The notes beneath the pieces were generated by a model. The model saw only the letters and a list, made by a program, of their open reading frames with translations, searched no databases and was not told the DNA's origin. A stretch of DNA of 64,000 bases from the human T2T-CHM13v2.0 reference genome, Homo sapiens. Position 1 is the first letter of the stretch; every line of letters starts with the position of its first letter. The stretch is taken from the NCBI RefSeq assembly GCF_009914755.1, contig NC_060939.1; one strand, 5' to 3'. Below are positions 26,301 through 41,000 of this stretch, in pieces. A program made the translations under genes and the position numbers.

Positions 26301-29300
26301 CATTTGGTTCAATTCCATTCCATTCCATTCCCTTCCATTCCATTCCAGTTGATATCAATCCATTCGATTCCATTCCATTCGAGCACATTCCATTCGAGTC
26401 CATTCCATTCGATGCCATTCCATTTGATTCTATTCCATTAGTCTCCATTCAATTCCATTATTCTCCATTCCATTCCATTCTACTCCAACTGATTCCATTC
26501 CATTCTATTCCTTTTCATTCCATTTCATTCCATTCCATTCCATTTCATTCCATTCCATTCCATTCGCTTCCATTCCATTCGTGTCCATTCCACTCCAGTC
26601 CATTAAATTCGTGTCCATTCCATTCCAGTCCATTCCATTTGTGTCCACTGCATTCCATTCCACTCCATTCCATATTATTCCATTACACTCCCTTCCATTC
26701 TATTACTTTCATTTCCATTCAATTCCATTCCATTTGATTCCATTCCACTCGGTTTCATTCCATTTGAGTCCACTCCATTCCATTCCATTCCATTCCATTC
26801 AGTTCCATTCCATTCTGTTCCATTCCATTCCGTTCCATTACATTCCATTCCATTCGGTACCATTCCATATTGTTCCATTCGATTCCATTCGAATCCATTC
26901 CATTCCAGTCCATTCCATTCGATTCCATTCCATTCATTTCAATTCCATTCCATTCCATTCCATTACATTCCACTTGATTCCTCTCCATTCCCTTCCACTG
27001 CATTCCGTTCGATTCCATTCCATTGCATTGCATTCCATTCCATTGGATTGCATTCCATTCGATTCCATTCCATTCGAATCAATTACATAGCAATCCATTA
27101 CATTCGAGTCTATTCTATTCCGTTCCATTCGATTTCGTTCCAATCCATTCGATTCCATTCCATTCGATTCCATTCCATACTATTGCATTTCATTCGATTA
27201 CATTATATTCGAATAAGTTCCATTCAAGACCATTTCTTTTGAGTCCATTCTATTTGAGTCCATTCCCTTTGATTCCATAACATTTGAGTCCATTCAATTC
27301 CATTCCTTTCGTTTCCATTCCATTTGATGCCATTCCATTCAATTCTGTTCTACTCGACTCCAATACATTCAATTCCATTCCATCCGATTCCATTACATTC
27401 TTTTCATTTCTTATCCATTTCAAGCCATTCCACTCCATTCCATTCCACTCGTTTCCTTTCCATTCGAGTCCATTCCTCTCCAGTCCATTCCGTTCAATCC
27501 ATTCCATTCCAGTCCATTCCATTCGAGTCCGTTCCATTCCAGTCCATTCCATTCGAGTCAATTCCATCCCATTCGATGTCTTTCCATAACGATCCATTCC
27601 ATTCTATTCCTTTCAATTCCATTCCATTCTATTTCATTCCATTCGATTCCCTTCCATTGGACTCCTTTCCATTCGAGTGCATTCCATTCCGTTCCATTTC
27701 TTTCCGTTCTGTACGATTCCTACCGTTCGATTTCATTTTGTTCCAGTCCATTCCTTTCGCGTCCATTCCATTCCATTTCACTCCATTCGATTCCATTCCA
27801 CTCGATTCCACTTCGTTCCATTTCATTGCATTCCATTCTATTCAACTCTATTGCCTTCCATTCCATTCCATTCGATTACATTCCATGCGATTCCATTCGA
27901 AATCGAATCAATTACATTGCAATCCATTACTATTGAGTCCGTTTTATTCCAGTCCACTGCATTCTGGTCCATTCCATTTGATTCCATTCCATTCTATTCC
28001 ATTCCATACAGTTGCATTCCATTGGATTCCATGCTATATCTATAAATTCAATTCGAGACCATTGCTTTTGAGTCCATTCTATATGATTCCATTCCATTCA
28101 AGTCCATTACATTTGGTTCAATTCCATTCCATTCCATTCCATTCCCTTCCATTCCATTCCATTTGATATCAATCCATTCGATTCCATTCCATTCGAGCAC
28201 ATTCCATTCGAGTCCATTCCATTCGATGCCATTCCATTTGATTCTATTCCATTAGTCTCCATTCAATTCCATTAATCTCCATTCCATTCCATTTTACTCC
28301 AACTAATTCCATTCCATTCTATTCCTTTCCATTCCATTTAATTCCATTCCATTCCATTCCTTTCCATTCCATTTCATTCCATTCCATTCCATTCCATTCC
28401 ATTCCATTCGTGTCCATTCCACTCCAGTCCATTCCATTCGTGTCCATTCCATTCCAGTCCATTCCATTTGTGTCCACTGCATTCCATTCCACTCCATTCC
28501 ATATTATTCCAATACGCTCCATTCCACTCTATCACTTTCATTTCCATTCAATTCCATTCCATTTGATTCCATTCCACTCGGTTTCATTCCATTTGAGTCC
28601 ACTCCATTCCATTCCATTCCATTCCATTCAGTTCCATTCCATTCTGTTCCATTCCATTCCGTTCCATTACATTCCATTCCATTCGGTACCATTCCATATT
28701 GTTCCATTCGATTCCATTCGAATCCATTCCATTCCAGTCCATTCCATTCGATTCCATTCCATTCATTTCAATTCCATTCCATTCCATTCCATTACATTCC
28801 ACTTGATTCCTCTCCATTCCCTTCCACTGCATTCCGTTCGATTCCATTCCATTGCATTGCATTCCATTCCATTGGATTGCATTCCATTCGATTCCATTCC
28901 ATTCGAATCAATTACATAGCAATCCATTACATTCGAGTCTATTCTCTTCCGTTCCATTCGATTTCGTTCCAATCCATTCGATTCCATTCCATTCGATTCC
29001 TTTCCATACTATTGCATTTCATTCGATTACATTATATTCGAATAAGTTCCATTCAAGACCATTTCTTTTGAGTCCATTCTATTTGAGTCCATTCCCTTTG
29101 ATTCCATAACATTTGAGTCCATTCAATTCCATTCCTTTCGTTTCCATTCCATTTGATGCCATTCCATTCAATTCTGTTCTACTCGACTCCAATACATTCA
29201 ATTCCATTCCATCCGATTCCATTACATTCTTTTCATTTCTTATCCATTTCAAGCCATTCCACTCCATTCCATTCCACTCGTTTCCTTTCCATTCGAGTCC

Positions 29301-32300
29301 ATTCCTCTCCAGTCCATTCCGTTCAATCCATTCCATTCCAGTCCATTCCATTCGAGTCCGTTCCATTCCAGTCCATTCCATTCGAGTCAATTCCATCCCA
29401 TTCGATGTCTTTCCATAGCGATCCATTCCATTCTATTCCTTTCAATTCCATTCCATTCTATTTCATTCCATTCGATTCCCTTCCATTGGACTCCTTTCCA
29501 TTCGAGTGCATTCCATTCCGTTCCATTTCTTTCCGTTCTGTACGATTCCTACCGTTCGATTTCATTTTGTTCCAGTCCATTCCTTTCGCGTCCATTCCAT
29601 TCCATTTCACTCCATTCGATTCCATTCCACTCGATTCCACTTCGTTCCATTTCATTGCATTCCATTCTATTCAACTCTATTGCCTTCCATTCCATTCCAT
29701 TCGATTACATTCCATGCGATTCCATTCGTAACCGAATCAATTACATTGCAATCCATTACAATTGAGTCCGTTTTATTCCAGTCCACTGCATTCTGGTCCA
29801 TTCCATTTGATTCCATTCCATTCTATTCCATTCCATACAGTTTCATTCCTTTGGATTCCATGCTATATATATAAATTCAATTCGAGACCATTGCTTTTGA
29901 GTCCATTCTATATGATTCAATTCCATTCAAGTCCATTACATTTGGTTCAATTCCATTCCATTCCATTCCCTTCCATTCCATTCCAGTTGATATCAATCCA
30001 TTCGATTCCATTCCATTCGAGCACATTCCATTCGAGTCCATTCCATTCGATGCCATTCCATTTGATTCTATTCCATTAGTCTCCATTCAATTCCATTAAT
30101 CTCCATTCCATTCCATTCTACTCCAACTGATTCCATTCCATTCTATTCCTTTCCATTCCATTTCATTCCATTCCATTCCATTTCATTGCATTCCATTCCA
30201 TTCGCTTCCATTCCATTCGTGTCCATTCCACTCCAGTCCATTCCATTCGTGTCCATTCCATTCCAGTCCATTCCATTTGTGTCCACTGCATTCCATTCCA
30301 CTCCATTCCATATTATTCCATTACACTCCCTTCCATTCTATTACTTTCATTTCCATTCAATTCCATTCCATTTGATTCCATTCCACTCGGTTTCATTCCA
30401 TTTGAGTCCACTCCATTCCATTCCATTCCATTCCATTCAGTTCCATTCCATTCTGTTCCATTCCATTCCGTTCCATTACATTCCATTCCATTCGGTACCA
30501 TTCCATATTGTTCCATTCGATTCCATTCGAATCCATTCCATTCCAGTCCATTCCATTCGATTCCATTCCATTCATTTCAATTCCATTCCATTCCATTCCA
30601 TTACATTCCACTTGATTCCTCTCCATTCCCTTCCACTGCATTCCGTTCGATTCCATTCCATTGCATTGCATTCCATTCCATTGGATTGCATTCCATTCGA
30701 TTCCATTCCATTCGAATCAATTACATAGCAATCCATTACATTCGAGTCTATTCTATTCCGTTCCATTCGATTTCGTTCCAATCCATTCGATTCCATTCCA
30801 TTCGATACCATTCCATGCCATTGCATTCCATTCGATTACATTATATTCGAATAAGTTCCATTCAAGACCATTTCTTTTGAGTCCATTCTATTTGAGTCCA
30901 TTCCCTTTGATTCCTTAACATTTGAGTCCATTCAATTCCATTCCTTTCGTTTCCATTCCATTTGATGCCATTCCATTCAATTCTGTTCTACTCGACTCCA
31001 ATACATTCAATTCCATTCCATCCGATTCCATTACATTCTTTTCATTTCTTATCCATTTCAAGCCATTCCACTCCATTCCATTCCACTCGTTTCCTTTCCA
31101 TTCGAGTCCATTCCTCTCCAGTCCATTCCGTTCAATCCATTCCATTCCAGTCCATTCCATTCGAGTCCGTTCCATTCCAGTCCATTCCATTCGAGTCAAT
31201 TCCATTCCATTCGATGTCTTTCCATAACGATCCATTCCATTCTATTCCTTTCGATTCCATTCCATTCTATTTCATTCCATTCGATTCCCTTCCATTGGAC
31301 TCCTTTCCATTCGAGTGCATTCCATTCCTTTCCATTTCTTTCCGTTCTGTACGATTCCTACCGTTCGATTTCATTTTGTTCCAGTCCATTCCTTTCGCGT
31401 CCATTCCATTCCATTTCACTCCATTCGATTCCATTCCACTCGATTCCACTTCGTTCCATTTCATTTCATTCCATTCTATTCAACTCTATTGCCTTCCATT
31501 CCATTCCATTCGATTACATTCCATGCGATTCCATTCGAAATCGAATCAATTACATTGCAATCCATTACTATTGAGTCCGTTTTATTCCAGTCCACTGCAT
31601 TCTGGTCCATTCCGTTTGATTCCATTCCATTCTATTCCATTCCATACAGTTGCATTCCATTGGATTCCATGCTATATCTATAAATTCAATTCGAGACCAT
31701 TGCTTTTGAGTCCATTCTATATGATTCCATTCCATTCAAGTCCATTACATTTGGTTCAATTCCATTCCATTCCATTCCCTTCCATTCCATTCCATTTGAT
31801 ATCAATCCATTCGATTCCATTCCATTCGAGCACATTCCATTCGAGTCCATTCCATTCGATGCCATTCCATTTGATTCTATTCCATTAGTCTCCATTCAAT
31901 TCCATTAATCTCCATTCCATTCCATTCTACTCCAACTGATTCCATTCCATTCTATTCCTTTCCATTCCATTTCATTCCATTCCATTCCATTTCATTCCAT
32001 TCCATTCCATTCGTGTCCATTCCACTCCAGTCCATTCCATTCGTGTCCATTCCATTCCAGTCCATTCCATTTGTGTCCACTGCATTCCATTGCAATCCAT
32101 TCCATATTATTCCATTACACTCCATTCCATTCTATTACTTTCATTTCCATTCAATTCCATTCCATTTGATTCCATTCCACTCGGTTTCATTCCATTTGAG
32201 TCCACTCCATTCCATTCCATTCCATTCCATTCAGTTCCATTCCATTCTGTTCCATTCCATTCCGTTCCATTACATTCCATTCCATTCGGTACCATTCCAT

Positions 32301-35300
32301 ATTGTTCCATTCGATTCCATTCGAATCCATTCCATTCCAGTCCATTCCATTCGATTCCATTCCATTCATTTCAATTCCATTCCATTCCATTCCATTACAT
32401 TCCACTTGATTCCTCTCCATTCCCTTCCACTGCATTCCGTTCAATTCCATTCCATTGCATTGCATTCCATTCCATTGGATTGCATTCCATTCGATTCCAT
32501 TCCATTCGAATCAATTACATAGCAATCCATTACATTCGAGTCTATTCTATTCCGTTCCATTCGATTTCGTTCCACTCCATTCGATTCCATTCCATTCGAT
32601 TCTATTCCATACCATTGCATTCCATTCGATTACATTATATTCGAATAAGTTCCATTCAAGACCATTTCTTTTGAGTCCATTCTATTTGAGTCCATTCCCT
32701 TTGATTCCATAACATTTGAGTCCATTCAATTCCATTCCTTTCGTTTCCATTCCATTTGATGCCATTCCATTCAATTCTGTTCTACTCGACTCCAATACAT
32801 TCAATTCCATTCCATCCGATTCCATTACATTCTTTTCATTTCTTATCCATTTCAAGCCATTCCACTCCATTCCATTCCACTCGTTTCCTTTCCATTCGAG
32901 TCCATTCCTCTCCAGTCCATTCCGTTCAATCCATTCCATTCCAGTCCATTCCATTCGAGTCCGTTCCATTCCAGTCCATTCCATTCGAGTCAATTCCATC
33001 CCATTCGATGTCTTTCCATAACGATCCATTCCATTCTATTCCTTTCGATTCCATTCCATTCTATTTCATTCCATTCGATTCCCTTCCATTGGACTCCTTT
33101 CCATTCGAGTGCATTCCATTCCTTTCCATTTCTTTCCGTTCTGTACGATTCCTACCGTTCGATTTCATTTTGTTCCAGTCCATTCCTTTCGCGTCCATTC
33201 CATTCCATTTCACTCCATTCGATTCCATTCCACTCGATTCCACTTCGTTCCATTTCATTTCATTCCATTCTATTCAACTCTATTGCCTTCCATTCCATTC
33301 CATTCGATTACATTCCATGTGATTCCATTCGAAATCGAATCAATTACATTGCAATCCATTACTATTGAGTCCGTTTTATTCCAGTCCACTGCATTCTGGT
33401 CCATTCCATTTGATTCCATTCCATTCTATTCCATTCCATACAGTTGCATTCCATTGGATTCCATGCTATATCTATAAATTCAATTCGAGACCATTGCTTT
33501 TGAGTCCATTCTATATGATTCCATTCCATTCAAGTCCATTACATTTGGTTCAATTCCATTCCATTCCATTCCGTTCCATTCCATTCCATTTGATATCAAT
33601 CCATTCGATTCCATTCCATTCGAGCACATTCCATTCGAGTCCATTCCATTCGATGCCATTCCATTTGATTCTATTCCATTAGTCTCCATTCAATTCCATT
33701 AATCTCCATTCCATTCCATTCTACTCCAACTGATTCCATTCCATTCTATTCCTTTCCATTCCATTTCATTCCATTCCATTCCATTTCATTCCATTCCATT
33801 CCATTCGTGTCCATTCCACTCCAGTCCATTCCATTCGTGTCCATTCCATTCCAGTCCATTCCATTTGTGTCCACTGCATTCCATTCCACTCCATTCCATA
33901 TTATTCCATTACACTCCATTCCATTCTATTACTTTCATTTCCATTCAATTCCATTCCATTTGATTCCATTCCACTCGGTTTCATTCCATTTGAGTCCACT
34001 CCATTCCATTCCATTCCATTCCATTCAGTTCCATTCCATTCTGTTCCATTCCATTCCGTTCCATTACATTCCATTCCATTCGGTACCATTCCATATTGTT
34101 CCATTCGATTCCATTCGAATCCATTCCATTCCAGTCCATTCCATTCGATTCCATTCCATTCATTTCAATTCCATTCCATTCCATTCCATTCCATTCCACT
34201 TGATTCCTCTCCATTCCATTCCACTGCATTCCGTTCGATTCCATTCCATTGCATTGCATTCCATTCCATTGGATTGCATTCCATTCGATTCCATTCCATT
34301 CGAATCAATTACATAGCAATCCATTACATTCGAGTCTATTCTATTCCGTTCCATTCGATTTCGTTCCAATCCATTCGATTCCATTCCATTCGATTCCATT
34401 CCATACTATTGCATTCCATTCGATTACATTATATTCGAATAAGTTCCATTCAAGACCATTTCTTTTGAGTCCATTCTATTTGAGTCCATTCCCTTTGATT
34501 CCATAACATTTGAGTCCATTCAATTCCATTCCTTTCGTTTCCATTCCATTTGATGCCATTCCATTCAATTCTGTTCTACTCGACTCCAATACATTCAATT
34601 CCATTCCATCCGATTCCATTACATTCTTTTCATTTCTTATCCATTTCAAGCCATTCCACTCCATTCCATTCCACTCGTTTCCTTTCCATTCGAGTCCATT
34701 CCTCTCCAGTCCATTCCGTTCAATCCATTCCATTCCAGTCCATTCCATTGGAGTCCGTTCCATTCCAGTCCATTCCATTCGAGTCAATTCCATCCCATTC
34801 GATGTCTTTCCATAACGATCCATTCCATTCTATTCCTTTCGATTCCATTCCATTCTATTTCTTTCCATTCGATTCCCTTCCATTGGACTCCTTTCCATTC
34901 GAGTGCATTCCATTCCGTTCCATTTCTTTCCGTTCTGTACGATTCCTACCGTTCGATTTCATTTTGTTCCAGTCCATTCCTTTCGCGTCCATTCCATTCC
35001 ATTTCACTCCATTCGATTCCATTCCACTCGATTCCACTTCGTTCCATTTCATTGCATTCCATTCTATTCAACTCTATTGCCTTCCATTCCATTCCATTCG
35101 ATTACATTCCATGCGATTCCATTCGAAATCGAATCAATTACATTGCAATCCATAACTATTGAGTCCATTTTATTCCAGTCCACTGCATTCTGGTCCATTC
35201 CATTTGATTCCATTCCATTCTATTCCATTCCATACAGTTGCATTCCATTGGATTCCATTCTATATCTATAAATTCAATTCGAGACCATTGCTTTTGAGTC

Positions 35301-37861
35301 CATTCTATATGATTCCATTCCATTCAAGTCCATTACATTTGGTTCAATTCCATTCCATTCCATTCCCTTCCATTCCATTCCAGTTGATATCAATCCATTC
35401 GATTCCATTCCATTCGAGCACATTCCATTCGAGTCCATTCAATTCGATGCCATTCCATTTGGTTCTATTCCATTAGTCTCCATTCAATTCCATTAATCTC
35501 CATTCCATTCCATTCTACTCCAACTGATTCCATTCCATTCTATTCCTTTGCATTCCATTTCATTCCATTCCATTCCATTTCATTCCATTCCATTCCATTC
35601 CATTCCATTCGCTTCCATTCCATTCGTGTCCATTCCATTCCAGTCCATTCCATTTGTGTCCACTGCATTCCATTCCACTCCATTCCATATTATTCCATTA
35701 TACTCCATTCCATTGTATTACTTTCATTTCCATTCAATTCCATTCCATTTGATTCCATTCCACTCGGTTTCATTCCATTTGTGTCCACTCCATTCCATTC
35801 CATTCCATTCCATTCAGTTCCATTCCATTCTATTCCATTCCATTCCGTTCCATTGCATTCCATTCCATTCGGTACCATTCCATATTGTTCCATTCGATTC
35901 CATTCGAATCCATTCCATTCCAGTCCATTCCATTCGATTCCATTCCATTCCTTTCAATTCCATTCCATTCCATTCCATTCCACTTGATTCCACTCCATTC
36001 CCTTCCACTGCATTCCATTCGATTCCATTCCATTGCATTGCATTCCATTCCATTGGACTGCATTCCATTCGATTCCATTCCATTCGAATCAATTACATAG
36101 CAATCCATTACATTCGAGTCTATTCTATTCCGTTCAATTCGATTTCGTTCCAATCCATTCGATTCCATTCCATTCGATTCCATTCCATACTATTGCATTC
36201 CATTCTATTACATTATATTCGAATAAGTTCCATTCAAGACCATTTCTTTTGAGTCCATTCTATTTGAGTGCATTCCCTTTGATTCCATAACATTTGAGTC
36301 CATTCAATTCCATTCCTTTCGTTTCCATTCCATTTGATGCCATTCCATTCAATTCCGTTCTACTCGACTCCAATACATTCAATTCCATTCCATCCGATTC
36401 CATTACATTCTTTTCATTTCTTATCCATTTCAAGCCATTCCACTCCATTCCATTCCACTCGTTTCCTTTCCATTCGAGTCCATTCCTCTCCAGTCCATTC
36501 CGTTCAATCCATTCCATTCCAGTCCATTCCATTCGAGTCCGTTCCATTCCAGTCCATTCCATTCGAGTTAATTCCATCCCATTCGATGTCTTTCCATAAC
36601 GATCCATTCCATTCTATTCCTTTCGATTCCATTCCATTCTATTTCATTCCATTCGATTCCCTTCCATTGGACTCCTTTCCATTCGAGTGCATTCCATTCC
36701 GTTCCATTTCTTTCCGTTCTGTACGATTCCTACCGTTCGATTTCATTTTGTTCCAGTCCATTCCTTTCGCGTCCATTCCATTCCATTTCACTCCATTCGA
36801 TTCCATTCCACTCGATTCCACTTCGTTCCATTTCATTGCATTCCATTCTTTTCAACTCTATTGCCTTCCATTCCATTCCATTCGATTACATTCCATGCGA
36901 TTCCATTCGAAATCGAATCAATTACATTGCAATCCATTACTATTGAGTCCGTTTTATTCCAGTCCACTGCATTCTGGTCCATTCCATTTGATTCCATTCC
37001 ATTCTATTCCATTCCATACAGTTGCATTCCATTGGATTCCATGCTATATCTATAAATTCAATTCGAGACCATTGCTTTTGAGTCCATTCTATATGATTCC
37101 ATTCCATTCAAGTCCATTACATTTGGTTCAATTCCATTCCATTCCATTCCCTTCCATTCCATTCCATTTGATATCAATCCATTCGATTCCATTATATTCG
37201 AGCACATTCAATTCGAGTCCATTCCATTCGATGCCATTCCATTTGATTCTATTCCATTAGTCTCCATTCAATTCCATTAATCTCCATTCCATTCCATTCT
37301 ACTCCAACTGATTCCATTCCATTCTATTCCTTTCCATTCCATTTCATTCCATTCCATTCCATTCCATTCCATTCCATTCCATTCGTGTCCATTCCACTCC
37401 AGTCCATTCCATTCGTGTCCATTCCATTGCAGTCCGTTCCATTTGTGTCCACTGCATTCCATTCCACTCCATTCCATATTATTCCATTACACTCCATTCC
37501 ATTCTATTACTTTCATTTCCATTCAATTCCATTCCATTTAATTCCATTCCACTCGGTTTCATTCCATTTGAGTCCACTCCATTCCATTCCATTGCATTCC
37601 ATTCAGTTCCATTCCATTCTGTTCCATTCCATTCCGTTCCATTACATTCCATTCCATTCGGTACCATTCCATATTGTTCCATTCGATTCCATTCGAATCC
37701 ATTCCATTCCAGTCCATTCCATTCGATTCCATTCCATTCATTTCAATTCCATTCCATTCCATTCCATTACATTCCACTTGATTCCTCTCCATTCCCTTCC
37801 ACTGCATTCCGTTCGATTCCATTCCATTGCATTGCATTCCATTCCATTGGATTGCATTCCA

Positions 37862-38085
37862 TTCGATTCCATTCCATTCGAATCAATTACATAGCAATCC
37901 ATTACATTCGAGTCTATTCTCTTCCGTTCCATTCGATTTCGTTCCAATAAATTCGATTCCATTCCATTCGATTCCATTCCATTCGAATCAATTACATAGC
38001 AATCCATTACATTCGAGTCTATTCTCTTCCGTTCCATTCGATTTCGTTCCAATCCATTCGATTCCATTCCATTCGATTCCATTCC
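37862..38085 (+). repeat. 105-bp internal tandem duplication within a unit (copy 1)
   Basis: AATCAATTACATAGCAATCC occurs at 37881 and 37986. Unit length is 1,899 = 1,794 + 105. Confidence 0.93.
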
Positions 38086-41000
38086 ATACTATTGCATTCC
38101 ATTCGATTACATTATATTCGAATAAGTTCCATTCAAGACCATTTCTTTTGAGTCCATTCTATTTGAGTCCTTTCCCTTTGATTCCATAACATTTGAGTCC
38201 ATTCAATTCCATTCCTTTCGTTTCCATTCCATTTGATGCCATTCCATTCAATTCTGTTCTACTCGACTCCAATACATTCAATTCCATTCCATCCGATTCC
38301 ATTACATTCTTTTCATTTCTTATCCATTTCAAGCCATTCCACTCCATTCCATTCCACTCGTTTCCTTTCCATTCGAGTCCATTCCTCTCCAGTCCATTCC
38401 GTTCAATCCATTCCATTCCAGTCCATTCCATTCGAGTCCGTTCCATTCCAGTCCATTCCATTCGAGTCAATTCCATTCCATTCGATGTCTTTCCATAACG
38501 ATCCATTCCATTCTATTCCTTTCGATTCCATTCCATTCTATTTCATTCCATTCGATTCCCTTCCATTGGACTCCTTTCCATTCGAGTGCATTCCATTCCG
38601 TTCCATTTCTTTCCGTTCTGTACGATTCCTACCGTTCGATTTCAGTTTGTTCCAGTCCATTCCTTTCGCGTCCATTCCATTCCATTTCACTACATTCGAT
38701 TCCATTCCATTCGATTCCATTCTACTCGATTCCACTTCGTTCCATTTCATTGCATTCCATTCTATTCAACTCTATTGCCTTCCATTCCATTCCATTCGAT
38801 TACATTCCATGCGATTCCATTCGATATCGAATCAATTACATTGCAATCCATTACTATTGAGTCCGTTTTATTCCAGTCCACTGCATTCTGGTCCATTCCA
38901 TTTGATTCCATTCCATTCTATTCCATTCCATGCAGTTGCATTCCATTGGATTCCATGCTATATCTATAAATTCAATTCGAGACCATTGCTTTTGAGTCCA
39001 TTCTATATGATTCCATTCCATTCAAGTCCATTACATTTGGTTCAATTCCATTCCATTCCATTCCCTTCCATTCCATTCCATTTGATATCAATCCATTCGA
39101 TTCCATTCCATTCGAGCACATTCCATTCGAGTCCATTCCATTCGATGCCATTCCATTTGATTCTATTCCATTAGTCTCCATTCAATTCCATTAATCTCCA
39201 TTCCATTCCATTCTACTCCAACTGATTCCATTCCATTCTATTCCTTTCCATTCCATTTCATTCCATTCCATTCCATTTCATTCCATTCCATTCCATTCGT
39301 GTCCATTCCACTCCAGTCCATTCCATTCGTGTCCATTCCATTCCAGTCCATTCCATTTGTGTCCACTGCATTCCATTCCACTCCATTCCATATTATTCCA
39401 TTACACTCCATTCCATTCTATTACTTTCATTTCCATTCAATTCCATTCCATTTGATTCCATTCCACTCGGTTTCATTCCATTTGAGTCCACTCCATTCCA
39501 TTCCATTCCATTCCATTCAGTTCCATTCCATTCTGTTCCATTCCATTCCGTTCCATTACATTCCATTCCATTCGGTACCATTCCATATTGTTCCATTCGA
39601 TTCCATTCGAATCCATTCCATTCCAGTCCATTCCATTCGATTCCATTCCATTCATTTCAATTCCATTCCATTCCATTCCATTACATTCCACTTGATTCCT
39701 CTCCATTCCCTTCCACTGCATTCCGTTCGATTCCATTCCATTGCATTGCATTCCATTCCATTGGATTGCATTCCTTTCGATTCCATTCCATTCGAATCAA
39801 TTACATAGCAATCCATTACATTCGAGTCTATTCTCTTCCGTTCCATTCGATTTCGTTCCAATCCATTCGATTCCATTCCATTCGATTCCATTCCATACTA
39901 TTGCATTCCATTCGATTACATTATATTCGAATAAGTTCCATTCAAGACCATTTCTTTTGAGTCCATTCTATTTGAGTCCATTCCCTTTGATTCCATAATA
40001 TTTGAGTCCATTCATTTCCATTCCTTTCGTTTCCATTCCATTTGATGCCATTCCATTCAATTCTGTTCTACTCGACTCCAATACATTCAATTCCATTCCA
40101 TCCGATTCCATTACATTCTTTTCATTTCTTATCCATTTCAAGCCATTCCACTCCATTCCATTCCACTCGTTTCATTTCCATTCGAGTCCATTCCTCTCCA
40201 GTCCATTCCGTTCAATCCATTCCATTCCAGTCCATTCCATTCGAGTCCGTTCCATTCCAGTCCATTCCATTCGAGTCAATTCCATCCCATTCGATGTCTT
40301 TCCATAACGATCCATTCCATTCTATTCCTTTCGATTCCATTCCATTCTATTTCATTCCATTCGATTCCCTTCCATTGGACTCCTTTCCATTCGAGTGCAT
40401 TCCATTCCGTTCCATTTCTTACCATTCTGTACGATTCCTACCGTTCGATTTCATTTTGTTCCAGTCCATTCCTTTCGCGTCCATTCCATTCCATTTCAGT
40501 CCATTCGATTCCATTCCACTCGATTCCACTTCGTTCCATTTCATTGCATTCCATTCTATTCAACTCTATTGCCTTCCATTCCATTCCATTCGATTACATT
40601 CCATGCGATTCCATTCGAAATCGAATCAATTACATTGCAATCCATTACTATTGAGTCCGTTTTATTCCAGTCCACTGCATTCTGGTCCATTCCATTTGAT
40701 TCCATTCCATTCTATTCCATTCCATACAGTTGCATTCCATTGGATTCCATGCTATATCTATAAATTCAATTCGAGACCATTGCTTTTGAGTCCATTCTAT
40801 ATGATTCCATTCCATTCAAGTCCATTACATTTGGTTCAATTCCATTCCATTCCATTCCCTTCCATTCCATTCCATTTGATATCAATCCATTCGATTCCAT
40901 TCCATTCGAGCACATTCCATTCGAGTCCATTCCATTCGATGCCATTCCATTTGATTCTATTCCATTAGTCTCCATTCAATTCCATTAATCTCCATTCCAT

